Of a stretch of 64,000 nt of DNA, positions 29,568-40,899 are shown piece by piece. The stretch lies in assembly GCA_944392145.1 (NCBI GenBank), contig CALXVS010000004.1, positions 5,833 through 69,832 of the forward strand. The letters are read 5' to 3'. Every line of letters starts with the position of its first letter. The first letter of the stretch is position 1. This DNA is from an uncultured Alphaproteobacteria bacterium (GTDB taxonomy: Bacteria; Pseudomonadota; Alphaproteobacteria; CAAHEQ01; UBA3637). Made by a program: the position numbers and the translations under genes. A model generated the notes under the pieces. That model searched no databases. It was not told the origin of the DNA and saw only the letters and a program-made list of their open reading frames with translations.

Positions 29568-31202
29568 TCATCCTTGACTTAACGCCGCCGCAATAAAGGC
29601 GTTAAAAATCGGGTTCGGCCGGCCGGGACGCGAGGTAAATTCGGGATGGAATTGAACAGCGATAAAAAACGGGTGTTCCGGAATTTCCACAATTTCCGGC
29701 AACAATCCGTCGGGGGATTTGCCCGACACAATCATGCCGTGTTCGGCCAACACCGATTCATAGGCAATATCCATTTCATACCGATGCCGATGCCGCTCCC
29801 GAATTTCATCAGCCCCCTTATATAGGCGCTTGGCCAATGACCCTTCCTGTAACACACACGGATAAGCCCCCAAACGCATCGTTCCCCCCATATCGGCATT
29901 ATCGGGACGAATGTGCTGTTTCCCGTCTTGTTCCCAAACGGTCATTTTGGAAATGACAGGCGTGCATTTACCACCAAATTCGGCGGATGAAGCATCTTTA
30001 ATGCCGGCTAAATGGCGGGCTGCCTCAATCACCGCCATCTGCATGCCTAAACAAATACCGAAAAAGGGCGTTTTTTGTTCACGGGCAAATTGAATGGCTT
30101 TAATCTTTCCCTCAATACCACGAATGCCGAAACCGCCCGGCACCAAAATACCGTTAAATCCGCTTAAACGCTCTTTCAGGGCCGATTCATCCAACGCTTC
30201 CAACTCTTCGGCCTCCAACCAAGTGATTTTTACTTTAGCCCGATGTTGAATACCCGCATGAATCAATGCTTCGTGCAGGGATTTATAGGCCTCCAGCAAC
30301 CCGCAATATTTACCCACAACAGCAATTTTAACTTCTTTTTCATAATTGGAAACAATATGAGCGATTTCTTGCCATTTATCCAGTTTCGGTGCCGGTGCGC
30401 CCTCTAACAAACGAAAATGTTTTAATACCTGAATATCCAGGCCTTGCTCGTGATAGGTTAGCGGGATTTTATAAATATTATCCACATCCGGGGCAATCAC
30501 AACATCATCAGGGGATACATTGCAAAATAACGCCAACTTACGCCGTTCATCCGGCCCCATCATGACTTTACTGCGACACAGTAAAATATCTGCCTGAATC
30601 CCTGCTTCAAGCAGCGTTTTAACGGCATGCTGCGTCGGCTTTGTCTTTAATTCGCCGGCCGTATCAATATACGGTAACAATGTTAAAAAAATAATCAACA
30701 CATTTTCCCGTCCGGCATCGTTTGAAAATTGGCGAATCGCTTCTAAAAACAATGTTCCCTCAATATCCCCGACGGTGCCGCCAACCTCATACAACACAAA
30801 ATCTTCACCATGCAGGTCCGAAGCAATAAAATTTTTAATTTCGTTGGTGACATGCGGAATTGCCTGAACCGTCGCGCCCAAATAATCGCCGCGCCGTTCT
30901 TTTTGAATCACGTTAAAATAAATTCGCCCCCCCGAAATGCTATCGGTTTTGTGGCAATTTAAATCGGCAAACCGTTCATAATGGCCCAAGTCCAAATCCG
31001 TTTCGGCCCCGTCATCCGTCACAAATACCTCGCCGTGTTGATACGGTGACATTGTTCCCGGATCCACATTTAAATAGGGATCCAATTTCCGCATACGTAC
31101 CGAATAACCGCGCGCCTTTAATAAACTGCCAACCGCGGCCGAGGCAATTCCCTTACCCAATGATGAAACAACACCACCTAAAATAAAAATGTATTTTGTC
31201 AT
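29568..31202 (-). CDS. pyrG: CTP synthase
   Basis: Synthetase domain N-terminus (MTKYIFI…[10 protein letters not shown]) and GATase domain with 'GICLGMQ' Cys active site. Confidence 0.9.
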   Translation of the reverse strand: MTKYIFILGGVVSSLGKGIASAAVGSLLKARGYSVRMRKLDPYLNVDPGTMSPYQHGEVFVTDDGAETDLDLGHYERFADLNCHKTDSISGGRIYFNVIQKERRGDYLGATVQAIPHVTNEIKNFIASDLHGEDFVLYEVGGTVGDIEGTLFLEAIRQFSNDAGRENVLIIFLTLLPYIDTAGELKTKPTQHAVKTLLEAGIQADILLCRSKVMMGPDERRKLALFCNVSPDDVVIAPDVDNIYKIPLTYHEQGLDIQVLKHFRLLEGAPAPKLDKWQEIAHIVSNYEKEVKIAVVGKYCGLLEAYKSLHEALIHAGIQHRAKVKITWLEAEELEALDESALKERLSGFNGILVPGGFGIRGIEGKIKAIQFAREQKTPFFGICLGMQMAVIEAARHLAGIKDASSAEFGGKCTPVISKMTVWEQDGKQHIRPDNADMGGTMRLGAYPCVLQEGSLAKRLYKGADEIRERHRHRYEMDIAYESVLAEHGMIVSGKSPDGLLPEIVEIPEHPFFIAVQFHPEFTSRPGRPNPIFNAFIAAALSQG

Positions 31203-31489
31203 ATCATTCCCTTTCCCAAGATGTTAAAAGGTCGCTTTACCATAAAGCGACCTTTAAAAAAAACAGTTGTAACAAGAGGGAAAAACACCCGCCAAAAGCC
31301 GAAAATCTTTTGACACCCAAAATACAGACGCTTAAAACACGTTTTCGCATTGATGCACCCTTCATCACAAAAGATAATTGTATCGTTTCTTAAAACAAAA
31401 GGCAAGGATAAAAGAAAAAAAAGGTTGCCTGAACATCCGAAAAGGAGTATAATATAGAGCAATACATCTTTATTTTATAAAGGAAAACC

Positions 31490-32539
31490 ATGTCATTTTT
31501 AAAACAACTGAAAAATAAATTGTTTGTTACGGGTGCTTTCGTTGTAGGGGCTTCTGTCGGTTCAATCGGTGCCGTAAAAAAAAATGCACCCGAGTCTGCG
31601 TCATCAGTTCAAACCGCCACTGCACCGCAAAATGCCACAAAAAAAGAGGCCTTAATTAAAGCTTTCATGGCAACAATTGACAAGTTTGAAGGAATGTCTC
31701 TACATCCTTATTTGGATACAAAAGGGAACTTAACCATCGGATATGGTCAAAATATTCAATCGGCAGCGGCATTCGCTCAAGTTCGGTTTCAAGGGGATGC
31801 AAATATAAGCGACACACGCATTTCCCTTATGGAAAAACGAGCAAAATTTATGAATACTGTCACCAACTGGAAAACCATTCGGCAAAAAAACGGGCATTCA
31901 ACTAAAATCTTTAATGTAACAGCCACTGGACAAAAAGACATTTTCGGATCTGTTCGCATTACAAAAGCGGAAGCCAAACGATTATTGAAAAATCATCTGG
32001 CTGCCATTTTACCGGTTTTGGAAAACAATTTAAAATCCCAAAAATTGGATTTATATGCTTTGCCAATAATGGCACAAGTAGTCTTGTTGGATATTCACTA
32101 TAACACCGGCAATACGGCACCGGCGAAATGGCCCGCCCTGTATCAAGCATTAAAAGCCGGTGACTGGGAAAAAGCCGCCCGTGAATCCGCCCGCAAAGAT
32201 GTTCAATCCGCCCGTAATTTATGGGCGGCACGACAAATGCGACTGGCGGGGTTAACCCTTGAACTAAACCGTGCCGGCATTTCCTATGAACAACTGCCTG
32301 TGCCAACACGTGATGTAGTCAATTATATGTCAGCAATTTTAAAAAATCGTCTGACGGCACAAAAATGGCCCAAATTTTTTGATGCCCTTAAAAAACAAAA
32401 TTATACGGCCGCTGCCGCCGAATGTCGTATCCGCGGCATACCCGAGGCTAAAAACATTTGGATGAAAGAGCGCATGCTTGAAGCGGTTGCACCAAGTACA
32501 ACACAAACATATTATTTAAATCGGACTTGCTCCCGATAA
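31490..32539 (+). CDS. Secreted phage-type (GH24-like) lysozyme-domain protein with C-terminal extension
   Basis: Signal/TM, then 'IDKFEGMSLHPYLDTKGNLTIGYGQNI' (lysozyme catalytic block). Confidence 0.55.
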   Translation: MSFLKQLKNKLFVTGAFVVGASVGSIGAVKKNAPESASSVQTATAPQNATKKEALIKAFMATIDKFEGMSLHPYLDTKGNLTIGYGQNIQSAAAFAQVRFQGDANISDTRISLMEKRAKFMNTVTNWKTIRQKNGHSTKIFNVTATGQKDIFGSVRITKAEAKRLLKNHLAAILPVLENNLKSQKLDLYALPIMAQVVLLDIHYNTGNTAPAKWPALYQALKAGDWEKAARESARKDVQSARNLWAARQMRLAGLTLELNRAGISYEQLPVPTRDVVNYMSAILKNRLTAQKWPKFFDALKKQNYTAAAAECRIRGIPEAKNIWMKERMLEAVAPSTTQTYYLNRTCSR

Positions 32540-33789
32540 CATTCGGAGGACCCATGGCAAAAACATCTTCCATTTCTCCCAAAAAACAGCAAGATCAACT
32601 AACCGATCAATTATATTTGGCTGTTCAAACAAATAACGTAGCAGCAGCCGCTCGGTTAATTGAGCAAGGTGCCGATGCCAAGTGGTCGCATACATGTCGT
32701 TTTGATAAAGGGGATACGAAACCGAATGAAAGTTTGCTCAGCATCGCACTTAACAATAAAAACACAGACATGATGCGCTTGTTAATCAAACATGGGGCGA
32801 ACACAAAATTCCGCACCATTGCCGGCATTGTTCAAACGAATGATAACGAAATAATTGTTCAATATGAATCCTTATTACGCCAAGCTGCCAAAATAGATGA
32901 TCCTGTTTTTGCCGAAATTTTGATAAAAAACGGAGCCCCGATCAACGATGAAGAGGCGGAAGGGGCAAACGGTACAGCATTGTTTGATGCCGTGGCGCAA
33001 GGATGCCTAAAAACAGCGGCACTTTTGCTTGAAAACGGGGCACATCCGGGGGCATGTGCTTTACCAACACGGGAATTTATGAACGGTCGTTTTAATATGC
33101 GTCAAATTCCTTTAGGGGAAGCCGTGCGCCGTGGCGATTATGACATGACCTGCCTTTTATTACATTATGGCGCTGCCCAATATATCAATGATGATATTCG
33201 CACAACTTTAATCCATTTGGCGGCAGAGGGAACAAATAAACCTCTTGAAGCGATGTTGTTGGAAACACCACAGGATTTAAACGAAGCCTTTCAATTAATT
33301 CAATTCCGTAACCCCGATTGGGCACGACATTTAATCAATAAAGGGGCTCAAATCGGTTTCCCCGTTGATATTGGCAAGTGTCAGGAAGAGTATTTTATGG
33401 GACTGCAACAAGTTCCCGTCCAAATTGCATTGACCAGTCCCTTGGCCCGTGCCATCAAAGCCCAAAAATATGATATTGCCCGCTTGATGATCAAAAAAGG
33501 GACCAATTTGAATGTGGATGACTTAATCCATTTACTTAAAACAAAAAACTTTGATACTTTTTCAAAGGTTACACGCGGCAACACGCCCCTTTTAAAACAT
33601 CATGGTCATTTGTTTTTAAAAACCGTTCACCGTTTAATACATCCTCCTTACGAGCGTCGGCCGGATAAAAAAGCAGCCTTGTTTTATAAGTCATTATCCC
33701 GTAAAATAACGCTTTTAAATAAAAAAGAGGTGCAACATCCGTTATCCCGAAACACGGTGCAACAAAAACGGTTAAAAGTGCGTGAATAA
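32527..33789 (+). CDS. Ankyrin-repeat protein (420 aa), effector candidate
   Basis: Multiple 33-aa ANK-like units (…LLIKHGANTKF…, …ILIKNGAPINDE…GTALFDAV…LLLENGAHPG…). Confidence 0.6.
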   Translation: MLPITFGGPMAKTSSISPKKQQDQLTDQLYLAVQTNNVAAAARLIEQGADAKWSHTCRFDKGDTKPNESLLSIALNNKNTDMMRLLIKHGANTKFRTIAGIVQTNDNEIIVQYESLLRQAAKIDDPVFAEILIKNGAPINDEEAEGANGTALFDAVAQGCLKTAALLLENGAHPGACALPTREFMNGRFNMRQIPLGEAVRRGDYDMTCLLLHYGAAQYINDDIRTTLIHLAAEGTNKPLEAMLLETPQDLNEAFQLIQFRNPDWARHLINKGAQIGFPVDIGKCQEEYFMGLQQVPVQIALTSPLARAIKAQKYDIARLMIKKGTNLNVDDLIHLLKTKNFDTFSKVTRGNTPLLKHHGHLFLKTVHRLIHPPYERRPDKKAALFYKSLSRKITLLNKKEVQHPLSRNTVQQKRLKVRE

Positions 33790-33797
33790 AAATATCA

Positions 33798-34340
33798 TTA
33801 TGGTATTTGTTCTAAATCACACTTACCCGCATCACGAAAAAAATTATAAATCGTTTTAGAACTGACTCCCAACACACGGGCGATTTGTGTTTTGGGTATG
33901 CCGTTTTCATGCATGCGTAACACATCCTTGACCTTTCCATCCAAAACATGAATCTTGTTCTTACTTTCGTTCCGCCGTCCCAGCGGTCGGCCCTTGGCTT
34001 TTAAACGACGCAAAGCTTCTTTTGTGCGCTGACTGATAAATGTGCGTTCTATCTCGGCAACAAGCCCGAATGCAAAGGCAAAAACCTTGCTTTGAATATC
34101 CGTCCCTAACTTATAATTATCTTTAATCGTCCAAATCTGAATCTCTTTTTGCATACACAAATGCAAAAATGTCATAATTTGAAATAAATTACGTCCAACG
34201 CTCGTTTTTCAAAAGATAAAGCCCCACTGACCGTTTCCATAACCCATTCATCAATGCAAATATCCTGTCGTCGGCAAAAATTCTGAATCTCAAACCGTTG
34301 ATTCTCAAGCGTTTGTTTATCCGTACTGACACGCAGATAT
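33798..34340 (-). pseudogene. Frameshifted small serine recombinase (resolvase/invertase)
   Basis: Manual translation: N-part MIYGYLRVSTDKQTLENQ… (catalytic Ser) ends at a stop after 59 aa. C-part in a different frame = ORF 33798-34175 with 'GLVAEIERTFISQRTKEALRRLKAKGRPLGR' and an HTH domain. 59+125 aa = normal resolvase length. Confidence 0.6.
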
Positions 34341-35115
34341 CCGTAAATCATACTTTTTCTCCAATATATATAAAATGTTCAATCTTATATATATGAATAC
34401 CCACCCCTAAATTGCAAATACTCCGGATAAAATATTAAATATCAATAAAGGTAAAAACAAAAATCCGGTATTTTTGGCGGTTCAACCATATTTAAAAACA
34501 ACTCTCATATAACCATATATATTTATTATTAAAAATTAAAAACAAACGTCTGCTTATTTTGATTTTTTTTAGAACAATAGATTAATAATTTTTAAATGTA
34601 TTAACGAATATAAAATGATCCACTGAAAAAAATCAACAGGTAATTTTTTTTAAATAAAGACATCCTTATTAATTATAAAAGCTCTTTATCTTATGACATT
34701 ATCAATCTTTCTTTGATAATAATTAAATTTTATACCCTATAATAATGGAAAGAAGGATAATACAATTCCCCTGTCGTATTTTGGTATAATTAACGAAAAA
34801 ACAATCAATATTTTTGTCAAATCTTTACAAAAAAAGTGATTGATAAAAAAAGAAAAATATGTTTAAATGAAAAAAATAACATCGACTCAAAAGAAATATC
34901 TCGAAAACCAGAAAAACTTTTTAAAAACAAAGGAAGTATAAAAACATGAATGAAACCGACCAACGTATGGTTAAAATATCGGGTATGTTAAATCGGGGAG
35001 GAATACCTGTAACCGACATAGCAAGTTAGCCGGTTACGATGAATCAATATTGTGTGAACAAGATTTGAAAAAAATGATACAGATTAAACTATATAAAAAA
35101 TCAAAAAGAATATGT

Positions 35116-35670
35116 GTTATGAGTATTCTGGTTATTTTATTTTTTGAATTTTTTAAAATTGCTTTGTTGACAATCGGCGGCGGATTAGCCATGATTCCGG
35201 CCATTGAAGATGTTTTTGTTAACAAAAGGAAATTATTAAAAAATTCAGACATTTTAGATATGGTGGCTCTGACACAGAGCGTCCCCGGTTTAATCGCCAT
35301 TAATTCAGCGGTATTTGTAGGACATAAGTTAGCCGGATGGAAAGGAAGCTTATCGGCGATGCTGGGTGTTATCTTCCCGTCCATTGTCATCATTATACTG
35401 ATAGCCATGTTTTTCCCTTTGCTTCATTTGGAAGATAAACATTTACTAAAAGCTTTTAATTGTATTCGCGCCTGTGTCACGGGAATATTTGTTGTTTTGA
35501 TGGTAAAAATAGGCAAAGCTGTTTTAAAATCAAAATCAGAAACAATCATTGTGATTTTGTTGACCCTTTGTTTATTAACTGATATCAGTAAGGTTTGGAT
35601 TATTTTAGCAGCCTGCCTGTTGGGGTATATGGTTTTATTTCTATCAGAACAAACAGTGGTAAAAAAATGA
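35116..35670 (+). CDS. Chromate/sulfate transporter ChrA family, N-half (short CHR)
   Basis: 'ALLTIGGGLAMIP…' CHR signature. ATGA-overlapped with a second half-gene. Confidence 0.65.
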   Translation, partial: VMSILVILFFEFFKIALLTIGGGLAMIPAIEDVFVNKRKLLKNSDILDMVALTQSVPGLIAINSAVFVGHKLAGWKGSLSAMLGVIFPSIVIIILIAMFFPLLHLEDKHLLKAFNCIRACVTGIFVVLMVKIGKAVLKSKSETIIVILLTLCLLTDISKVWIILAACLLGYMVLFLSEQTVVKK

Positions 35671-36251
35671 TAAGCATTCTGTTATTTATCAATTTTTTCA
35701 AATTCGGAATTTTATGTTTCGGGGGCGGTTATATGATTATTCCGCTGTTGTATACCTCTTTTGTTAAAGAGTCAAAGCTATTTTCAGCAGAAGAATACGG
35801 GAATTTATTATCTATTTCACAGGTTACACCGGGGGCGGTAAGTATTAATACAGCAACATATGTGGGATATCTGGAAAATGGTATCATCGGAGGAATCAGC
35901 GCCAGTTTAGGGCTTTGCATGCCGTCTTTTATTTTGGCTATATTGGTTTTAAATTTTATGAAAAAATATAAAGAAAGCCTCTTTATTCAAGGGATACAAA
36001 AAGGAGCAAAATGGGCGGCTTTTGTCATGGTTGTCTTCGCGATTTGTTTTTTTGCAAATATCTCCATATTCAAAAATCCTGTTAAGACAGAAGACTTGGG
36101 AAATATTCTTGCTTCTTTTTCACTATCCAATCTCCGTTTATTTGAACTTTTTATTTTAATTTTAACGATTGTTTTATCACATTATAGAGTTTCCTTTATG
36201 GGGCTTATTTTATTTTCCGGAATCGTCGGATGGGGATACAGTTTTATATGA
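35667..36251 (+). CDS. Chromate/sulfate transporter ChrA family, C-half (short CHR)
   Basis: 'ILCFGGGYMIIPLL…' signature. Paired with 35116-35670. Confidence 0.65.
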   Translation: MISILLFINFFKFGILCFGGGYMIIPLLYTSFVKESKLFSAEEYGNLLSISQVTPGAVSINTATYVGYLENGIIGGISASLGLCMPSFILAILVLNFMKKYKESLFIQGIQKGAKWAAFVMVVFAICFFANISIFKNPVKTEDLGNILASFSLSNLRLFELFILILTIVLSHYRVSFMGLILFSGIVGWGYSFI

Positions 36252-36366
36252 TTGGGATTTTTATTCACGCGATGGTATCTGCCGGAGCAATTTATTGTTT
36301 CATGAATCATCAAATATATTATCTCCGGTGTTATCGGACAATTAATTAAGGAGTGTCTCAAATATA

Positions 36367-37242
36367 ATGGAGAATGCATTGAAAAATCACTTAATTGAAC
36401 TTGAAAACGAGTCTCTTGAATTAATCAGAGAGGTGTGTTTTACAAATGACTTTGATAAAATCGTTGTTTTGTATTCTATCGGAAAAGATTCTTCCGTATT
36501 ACTGCATTTATTTCAAAAGGCCTTTTACCCTTTTCCGATTCCCGTTCGCTTTATGCATATTGATACCGGTTGGAAGTTTAAGGAAATGTATACGTTCAGA
36601 GAAAAAATCAGTAAAGATATCAATCTGATTGTTTACAAAAATCCCGAAAATTTAAATCCGTTTACGGACGGATCTCGGTATACAGAGATTATGAAAACGG
36701 AAGCATTAAAGCAGGCTATTGAACAATATGGTTTCAAAATCGCTTTCGGTGGAGCACGACGGGATGAGGAAAAAAGTCGTTCTAAAGAAAGAATGGTTTC
36801 TATCCGTGATAAATATCATAAGTGGAATCCCAGAAATCAAAATCCTGAAATATCTCCGCTGTGGAATACGTATTATACAGAAGAAACGGAATTACGAGTT
36901 TTCCCATTATCTAATTGGACGGAATTAGATATATGGGAGTACATCAGACAGGAAAACATAAACGTTGTGGATTTGTACTTTGCGAAAGAGAGAAATGTTG
37001 TAAAAACACCCTCCGGTATGTATATTGCGACACAAGATAAGCATAAAGGAGAAAAACGCTCTGTTCGCTTTAGAACGCTCGGATGTTATCCGTTGACCGG
37101 TGCTGTTGAATCCGAAGCAAAAAATGTGGATGACGTTATAGAAGAATTAAAAACGGCAAAATATACCGAACGTATCACACGTGTCATTGACTATGATACG
37201 GAAGGTTCTATGGAAAAGAAAAAAAAGGATGGGTATTTTTAA
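36367..37242 (+). CDS. cysD: Sulfate adenylyltransferase subunit 2
   Basis: PAPS-reductase/ATP-sulfurylase small-subunit blocks ('[15 protein letters not shown]', '[10 protein letters not shown]'). Confidence 0.8.
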   Translation: MENALKNHLIELENESLELIREVCFTNDFDKIVVLYSIGKDSSVLLHLFQKAFYPFPIPVRFMHIDTGWKFKEMYTFREKISKDINLIVYKNPENLNPFTDGSRYTEIMKTEALKQAIEQYGFKIAFGGARRDEEKSRSKERMVSIRDKYHKWNPRNQNPEISPLWNTYYTEETELRVFPLSNWTELDIWEYIRQENINVVDLYFAKERNVVKTPSGMYIATQDKHKGEKRSVRFRTLGCYPLTGAVESEAKNVDDVIEELKTAKYTERITRVIDYDTEGSMEKKKKDGYF

Positions 37243-38453
37243 TGGATAAGATTTTTTCTTTTATATGTTGCGGAAGTGTTGATGACGGAAAATCTACGCT
37301 GATCGGCAGATTATTGCTTGATTCGGGAAACGTAAAAATTGATCAGCTGCAAGAGGCAGAAAAAATATCTAAAAGAAACGGCTCAAACAGAACGGAATTA
37401 AGCCTGTTATCTGACGGCCTGTTAAGTGAACGGGAACAACAAATTACAATAGACGTTGCACACCGTTATTTTGATTATAACAATATTCGTTTTCATATTT
37501 TAGATTGCCCGGGACACAAACAATACACAAGGAATATGGTCATTGCCGCGGCCATGACAAATACGGCTCTTTTAGTGGTTGATTGTATGGGAGGTATTCA
37601 AGAACAAACACTAAAACATATTGATATCTGTTCATTATTAAGGGTTCAAAATCTGTGTATTTGTATTACAAAATGTGATTTACTGCAGGGAGATTTGCAA
37701 GACAATCCGATTCTTAAAAACCTTTGTAAAAAAATTGAAACCCTGATGAAAAAGTATAATTTTAACTATACAATCATACCGATTTCTTCTGTCAGCGGTT
37801 ATAATATTGATAAGGTTTTTAACCAAATATATACTTATGCGCAAGAAGTTTTAGAGACACAGAATAAAAAATGTATTTTACATATCCAAGCAGCTCGATT
37901 ATCAAAGGATACTCGTTTTTATTATGCCAGGGAAACAACTCATACGTCTCCTGAAAAAGGAGAGAATTATACCTTATACCCCGCAAATATCGGCGTCGGA
38001 ATCAGTAACGTAACCGGTCATGGTGTTTTTAATATTGATTCAGATATTGATGTTGAAAGGGGTGATTGTATTACAAATACCCCTGTTCTTGTTCATAACA
38101 TCCTAAAACAAAAAACGATTTGGTTTAATGAACCATCCGAAGATATGTTACTGAAACATGGAACCAGAATCGTTAAAATTAAAAAATATACCGATGATTT
38201 AATTGAAACGGATGATGTTATCATTTTTAATGACATTGATGATATCAAAGAAAACGGATTTGCCGTCATTATTGATAATAAAACAAAAAGAACAATCGGA
38301 TGTTGTGTCTTTATTGATAACAAAAGAAGCAATCAACAAACGACAACACATAAAAATGAAGATGAAAGCAAGAAACAAAAATTAAAAAGTATATTAGCAA
38401 GTCAGGGATTTTCACAAGCTGATATTAATAAAATGATTGCGAGCATCAAATGA
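37242..38453 (+). CDS. cysN: Sulfate adenylyltransferase subunit 1 (GTPase; no APS-kinase domain)
   Basis: G1 'GSVDDGKST', G3 'DCPGH', G4 'TKCD'. Translationally coupled to cysD. Confidence 0.7.
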   Translation: MDKIFSFICCGSVDDGKSTLIGRLLLDSGNVKIDQLQEAEKISKRNGSNRTELSLLSDGLLSEREQQITIDVAHRYFDYNNIRFHILDCPGHKQYTRNMVIAAAMTNTALLVVDCMGGIQEQTLKHIDICSLLRVQNLCICITKCDLLQGDLQDNPILKNLCKKIETLMKKYNFNYTIIPISSVSGYNIDKVFNQIYTYAQEVLETQNKKCILHIQAARLSKDTRFYYARETTHTSPEKGENYTLYPANIGVGISNVTGHGVFNIDSDIDVERGDCITNTPVLVHNILKQKTIWFNEPSEDMLLKHGTRIVKIKKYTDDLIETDDVIIFNDIDDIKENGFAVIIDNKTKRTIGCCVFIDNKRSNQQTTTHKNEDESKKQKLKSILASQGFSQADINKMIASIK

Positions 38454-39046
38454 GATATATATTGTTTTTTCTGTATCTGCTGTTTCCATTCTGTGTGAAT
38501 GCCGATATTTCTTACATTACAGAACCGTTTGACAGGGAAAAATGTAAAAACGGAATGGCGGATCGTTGGGATAATGCATGCAAATGTCCAAATTTTTCAG
38601 AGTATGACGGTCAGTATTGTGATAAAAAAGAAATGAAACAATGTAAAACAAATCGAGATTGCCCAAACGGATCTTATTGTTATCTTGTTAACCAAGAGGG
38701 CGTATGTCATGAATTAACGGTATATGCTCCTGTTTTATACAATCAGAAAAAATTTTTTCTTTCCGGAGAAATTTTAAATTTAAAATCCGCAGATAATTTA
38801 TGTTCTGCCTTAGGTGCTCGTTCCTTAACAAGAGAAGATTTGGCGTGTAATCGGAGTGGTCCGGGATGTCTTGATACGGATACGATTATTCATTTACAGG
38901 AACATGTCGGAATTTTAGGATTTTATTGGTTGGAAAATGAAAGAAATAAATTTTATTATTTTGATATCAATGACGGAACCGTCTACTTTTTAGATAAGGA
39001 TTCTATCAGTCATATGCAGGCAATTTGCATTCTTGAGGACAAATAA
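38450..39046 (+). CDS. Secreted Cys-rich protein with DUF1566/C-type-lectin-like C-terminal half (198 aa)
   Basis: Signal peptide. 12+ Cys. '…ADNLCSALGARSLTREDLAC…GFYWLEN…AICI' resembles the C-terminus of the 28193 protein. Confidence 0.4.
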   Translation: MRYILFFLYLLFPFCVNADISYITEPFDREKCKNGMADRWDNACKCPNFSEYDGQYCDKKEMKQCKTNRDCPNGSYCYLVNQEGVCHELTVYAPVLYNQKKFFLSGEILNLKSADNLCSALGARSLTREDLACNRSGPGCLDTDTIIHLQEHVGILGFYWLENERNKFYYFDINDGTVYFLDKDSISHMQAICILEDK

Positions 39047-39047
39047 A

Positions 39048-40769
39048 ATGAAAAAATTTTTCATAATTATCGCATTATTATCAGGCTTTGCCATTCTATC
39101 GTTTTTCTATTTACAATTTGGTATTATTTCAAGTTTAAATATAAAAGTTAATCCATATGGATTTTCCCCTTTAACGGCATTAATTGACATAGAAACCAAA
39201 ATACCGACATCCGTTTTTTTAAGAGTAAAGGGGAAAAACGGGGTTGCCGATATTACAAAAGAATTTTCCGATTTGACAACAAAACATAGTATTCCGGTAT
39301 TGGGATTATATTTAAACCAGGAAACTGATGTCATTTTGACCGTAAAAAACAAAAATTTTTCAAAAGAAATTCCTTTAAAATTAAAGACAAATTATAAAGT
39401 AAGACTCCCTGAAATACAAATTGAAAAACAAACATCCGAAAAAAATACTTATTATTTTTTAGATGAAGGCTTAATCATTGATGAAAATGGAGATGTTCGT
39501 TTTATTTTTGATAAACCGAAAAATAGAATTAAATATTATATGAATGGTGAAATTATTACAGAGAACCGAATTAGCGGTATTATGCGCTTTGATTTATTGG
39601 GCCGTAACATTCGAAATTATCGTTATCCGAAAGGATTTACTTCATTTACCCATGGACTGGGGATTAAACCAAACGGCAATTTATTTGTAATAGGTGGTTT
39701 TTCAAATAAATCTCTTTTATATAACGGTGAATGGGTTCCTTCCCACCGCGAATTCGTCATAGAATTGGATGCCATAACAGGGGAAGTTGTCAATAAAATA
39801 GATTTGGCAGAAAGATTAAATCCTTATCGTTCAGAAATTGTTTCAGCCCCTTGTATTGATTACGGTATCAGTGATTGGTGCCATATTAACGGTGTAGATT
39901 ATGATGCAACGGACGACAGTATTGTTATCAGTTGTCGGCACTTCGGCATGTCTAAAATTGATCTTAAAACAAATAAATTAAAATGGTTGATTACACCTAA
40001 TATCGGTTTAAATATTTCCGGACGGGATGGTAAAAGCGGAGATATTTCAAATAAAGTTTTAACTGCAGTTGACTGGCAGGGAAAACCGCTTCCGGATGAT
40101 TTCCAAAAAGGACTAAAGGCTGATAAAGAATTCAGATGGCCTACAAAAAATCATCATCCTTCCGTCATAGATGGAAAATATTTTTCAATTTTCAATAATG
40201 CCGGAAATGTCTTTAATAAAAAAATATCATCAACAACCGATGCCAATGCGTTAATTTATTATGTAGACGATAAGGAAAATACAATTAAAAATATCTTTCA
40301 GTATCAATTAAATTTTCCATCGTCTGCGGCCGGGGCCGTAACTTATATACCGGAACAAAATACTGTTACAATTTATATTGCGGATGCACAACGTGAGAAT
40401 GACCAACGTTTGACAGATGGATATATTTATGTTATTGATTTTTCCTCTTATGAAATTTTGTTTAAAGCAAGGATCCATAGGGGTGGAAAAAATTATTTTT
40501 ACAAAGCAACACCCTTCAGTTGGTATACGGATGACGCTTTAAAAGTAATATCCGATATACATCAAGATAAAGAAACTTATCTGTATTTTAATCACAAACA
40601 TTGGAATGATTTTGTGTCAATAAAAAATGATAAGTTAATTAGAAATAATGGCGATACCGCTCGTATAATATCCAGAACGGATAATGAGATTACCGTTAAA
40701 TGGGATAAATACGGCACGGAAACTTTTGTGAAAGATGACTTGGGATATAGTTTGAAACAGAATAAATAA
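39048..40769 (+). CDS. Periplasmic arylsulfate sulfotransferase (ASST family) beta-propeller protein
   Basis: Signal anchor. Conserved '…DWCHINGVDYDATDDSIVISCRHFGMSKIDLKTNKLKW…' block typical of AssT. Immediately after cysDN. Confidence 0.6.
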   Translation: MKKFFIIIALLSGFAILSFFYLQFGIISSLNIKVNPYGFSPLTALIDIETKIPTSVFLRVKGKNGVADITKEFSDLTTKHSIPVLGLYLNQETDVILTVKNKNFSKEIPLKLKTNYKVRLPEIQIEKQTSEKNTYYFLDEGLIIDENGDVRFIFDKPKNRIKYYMNGEIITENRISGIMRFDLLGRNIRNYRYPKGFTSFTHGLGIKPNGNLFVIGGFSNKSLLYNGEWVPSHREFVIELDAITGEVVNKIDLAERLNPYRSEIVSAPCIDYGISDWCHINGVDYDATDDSIVISCRHFGMSKIDLKTNKLKWLITPNIGLNISGRDGKSGDISNKVLTAVDWQGKPLPDDFQKGLKADKEFRWPTKNHHPSVIDGKYFSIFNNAGNVFNKKISSTTDANALIYYVDDKENTIKNIFQYQLNFPSSAAGAVTYIPEQNTVTIYIADAQRENDQRLTDGYIYVIDFSSYEILFKARIHRGGKNYFYKATPFSWYTDDALKVISDIHQDKETYLYFNHKHWNDFVSIKNDKLIRNNGDTARIISRTDNEITVKWDKYGTETFVKDDLGYSLKQNK

Positions 40770-40865
40770 AAAAATTGCCTTGACAGTTTCTCGGCGTTCT
40801 TTCGTCCGCCGATGCCTGTGGCCGAACCTACTTTCCCGTAGGTTCAAATCAACTTCCCAATCCAT

Positions 40866-40899
40866 AAAAAAAGACAGACAATAAGTCTGTCTTTTTTTA
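40866..40899. terminator. Bidirectional Rho-independent terminator (AGACAGAC-aata-GTCTGTCT flanked by A/T runs)
   Basis: Perfect 8-bp stem, 4-nt loop, T7 run downstream and A-run upstream. Marks the end of the low-GC sulfation island. Confidence 0.6.

Noticed and set aside
40790-40860. tRNA-like 3' end ('GGTTCAAATC…') after the arylsulfotransferase gene, considered as an integration-site tRNA
   Set aside because: No cloverleaf can be drawn: T-stem pairing and acceptor stem are absent. Only a simple 8-bp hairpin (GAACCTAC…GTAGGTTC) is present.
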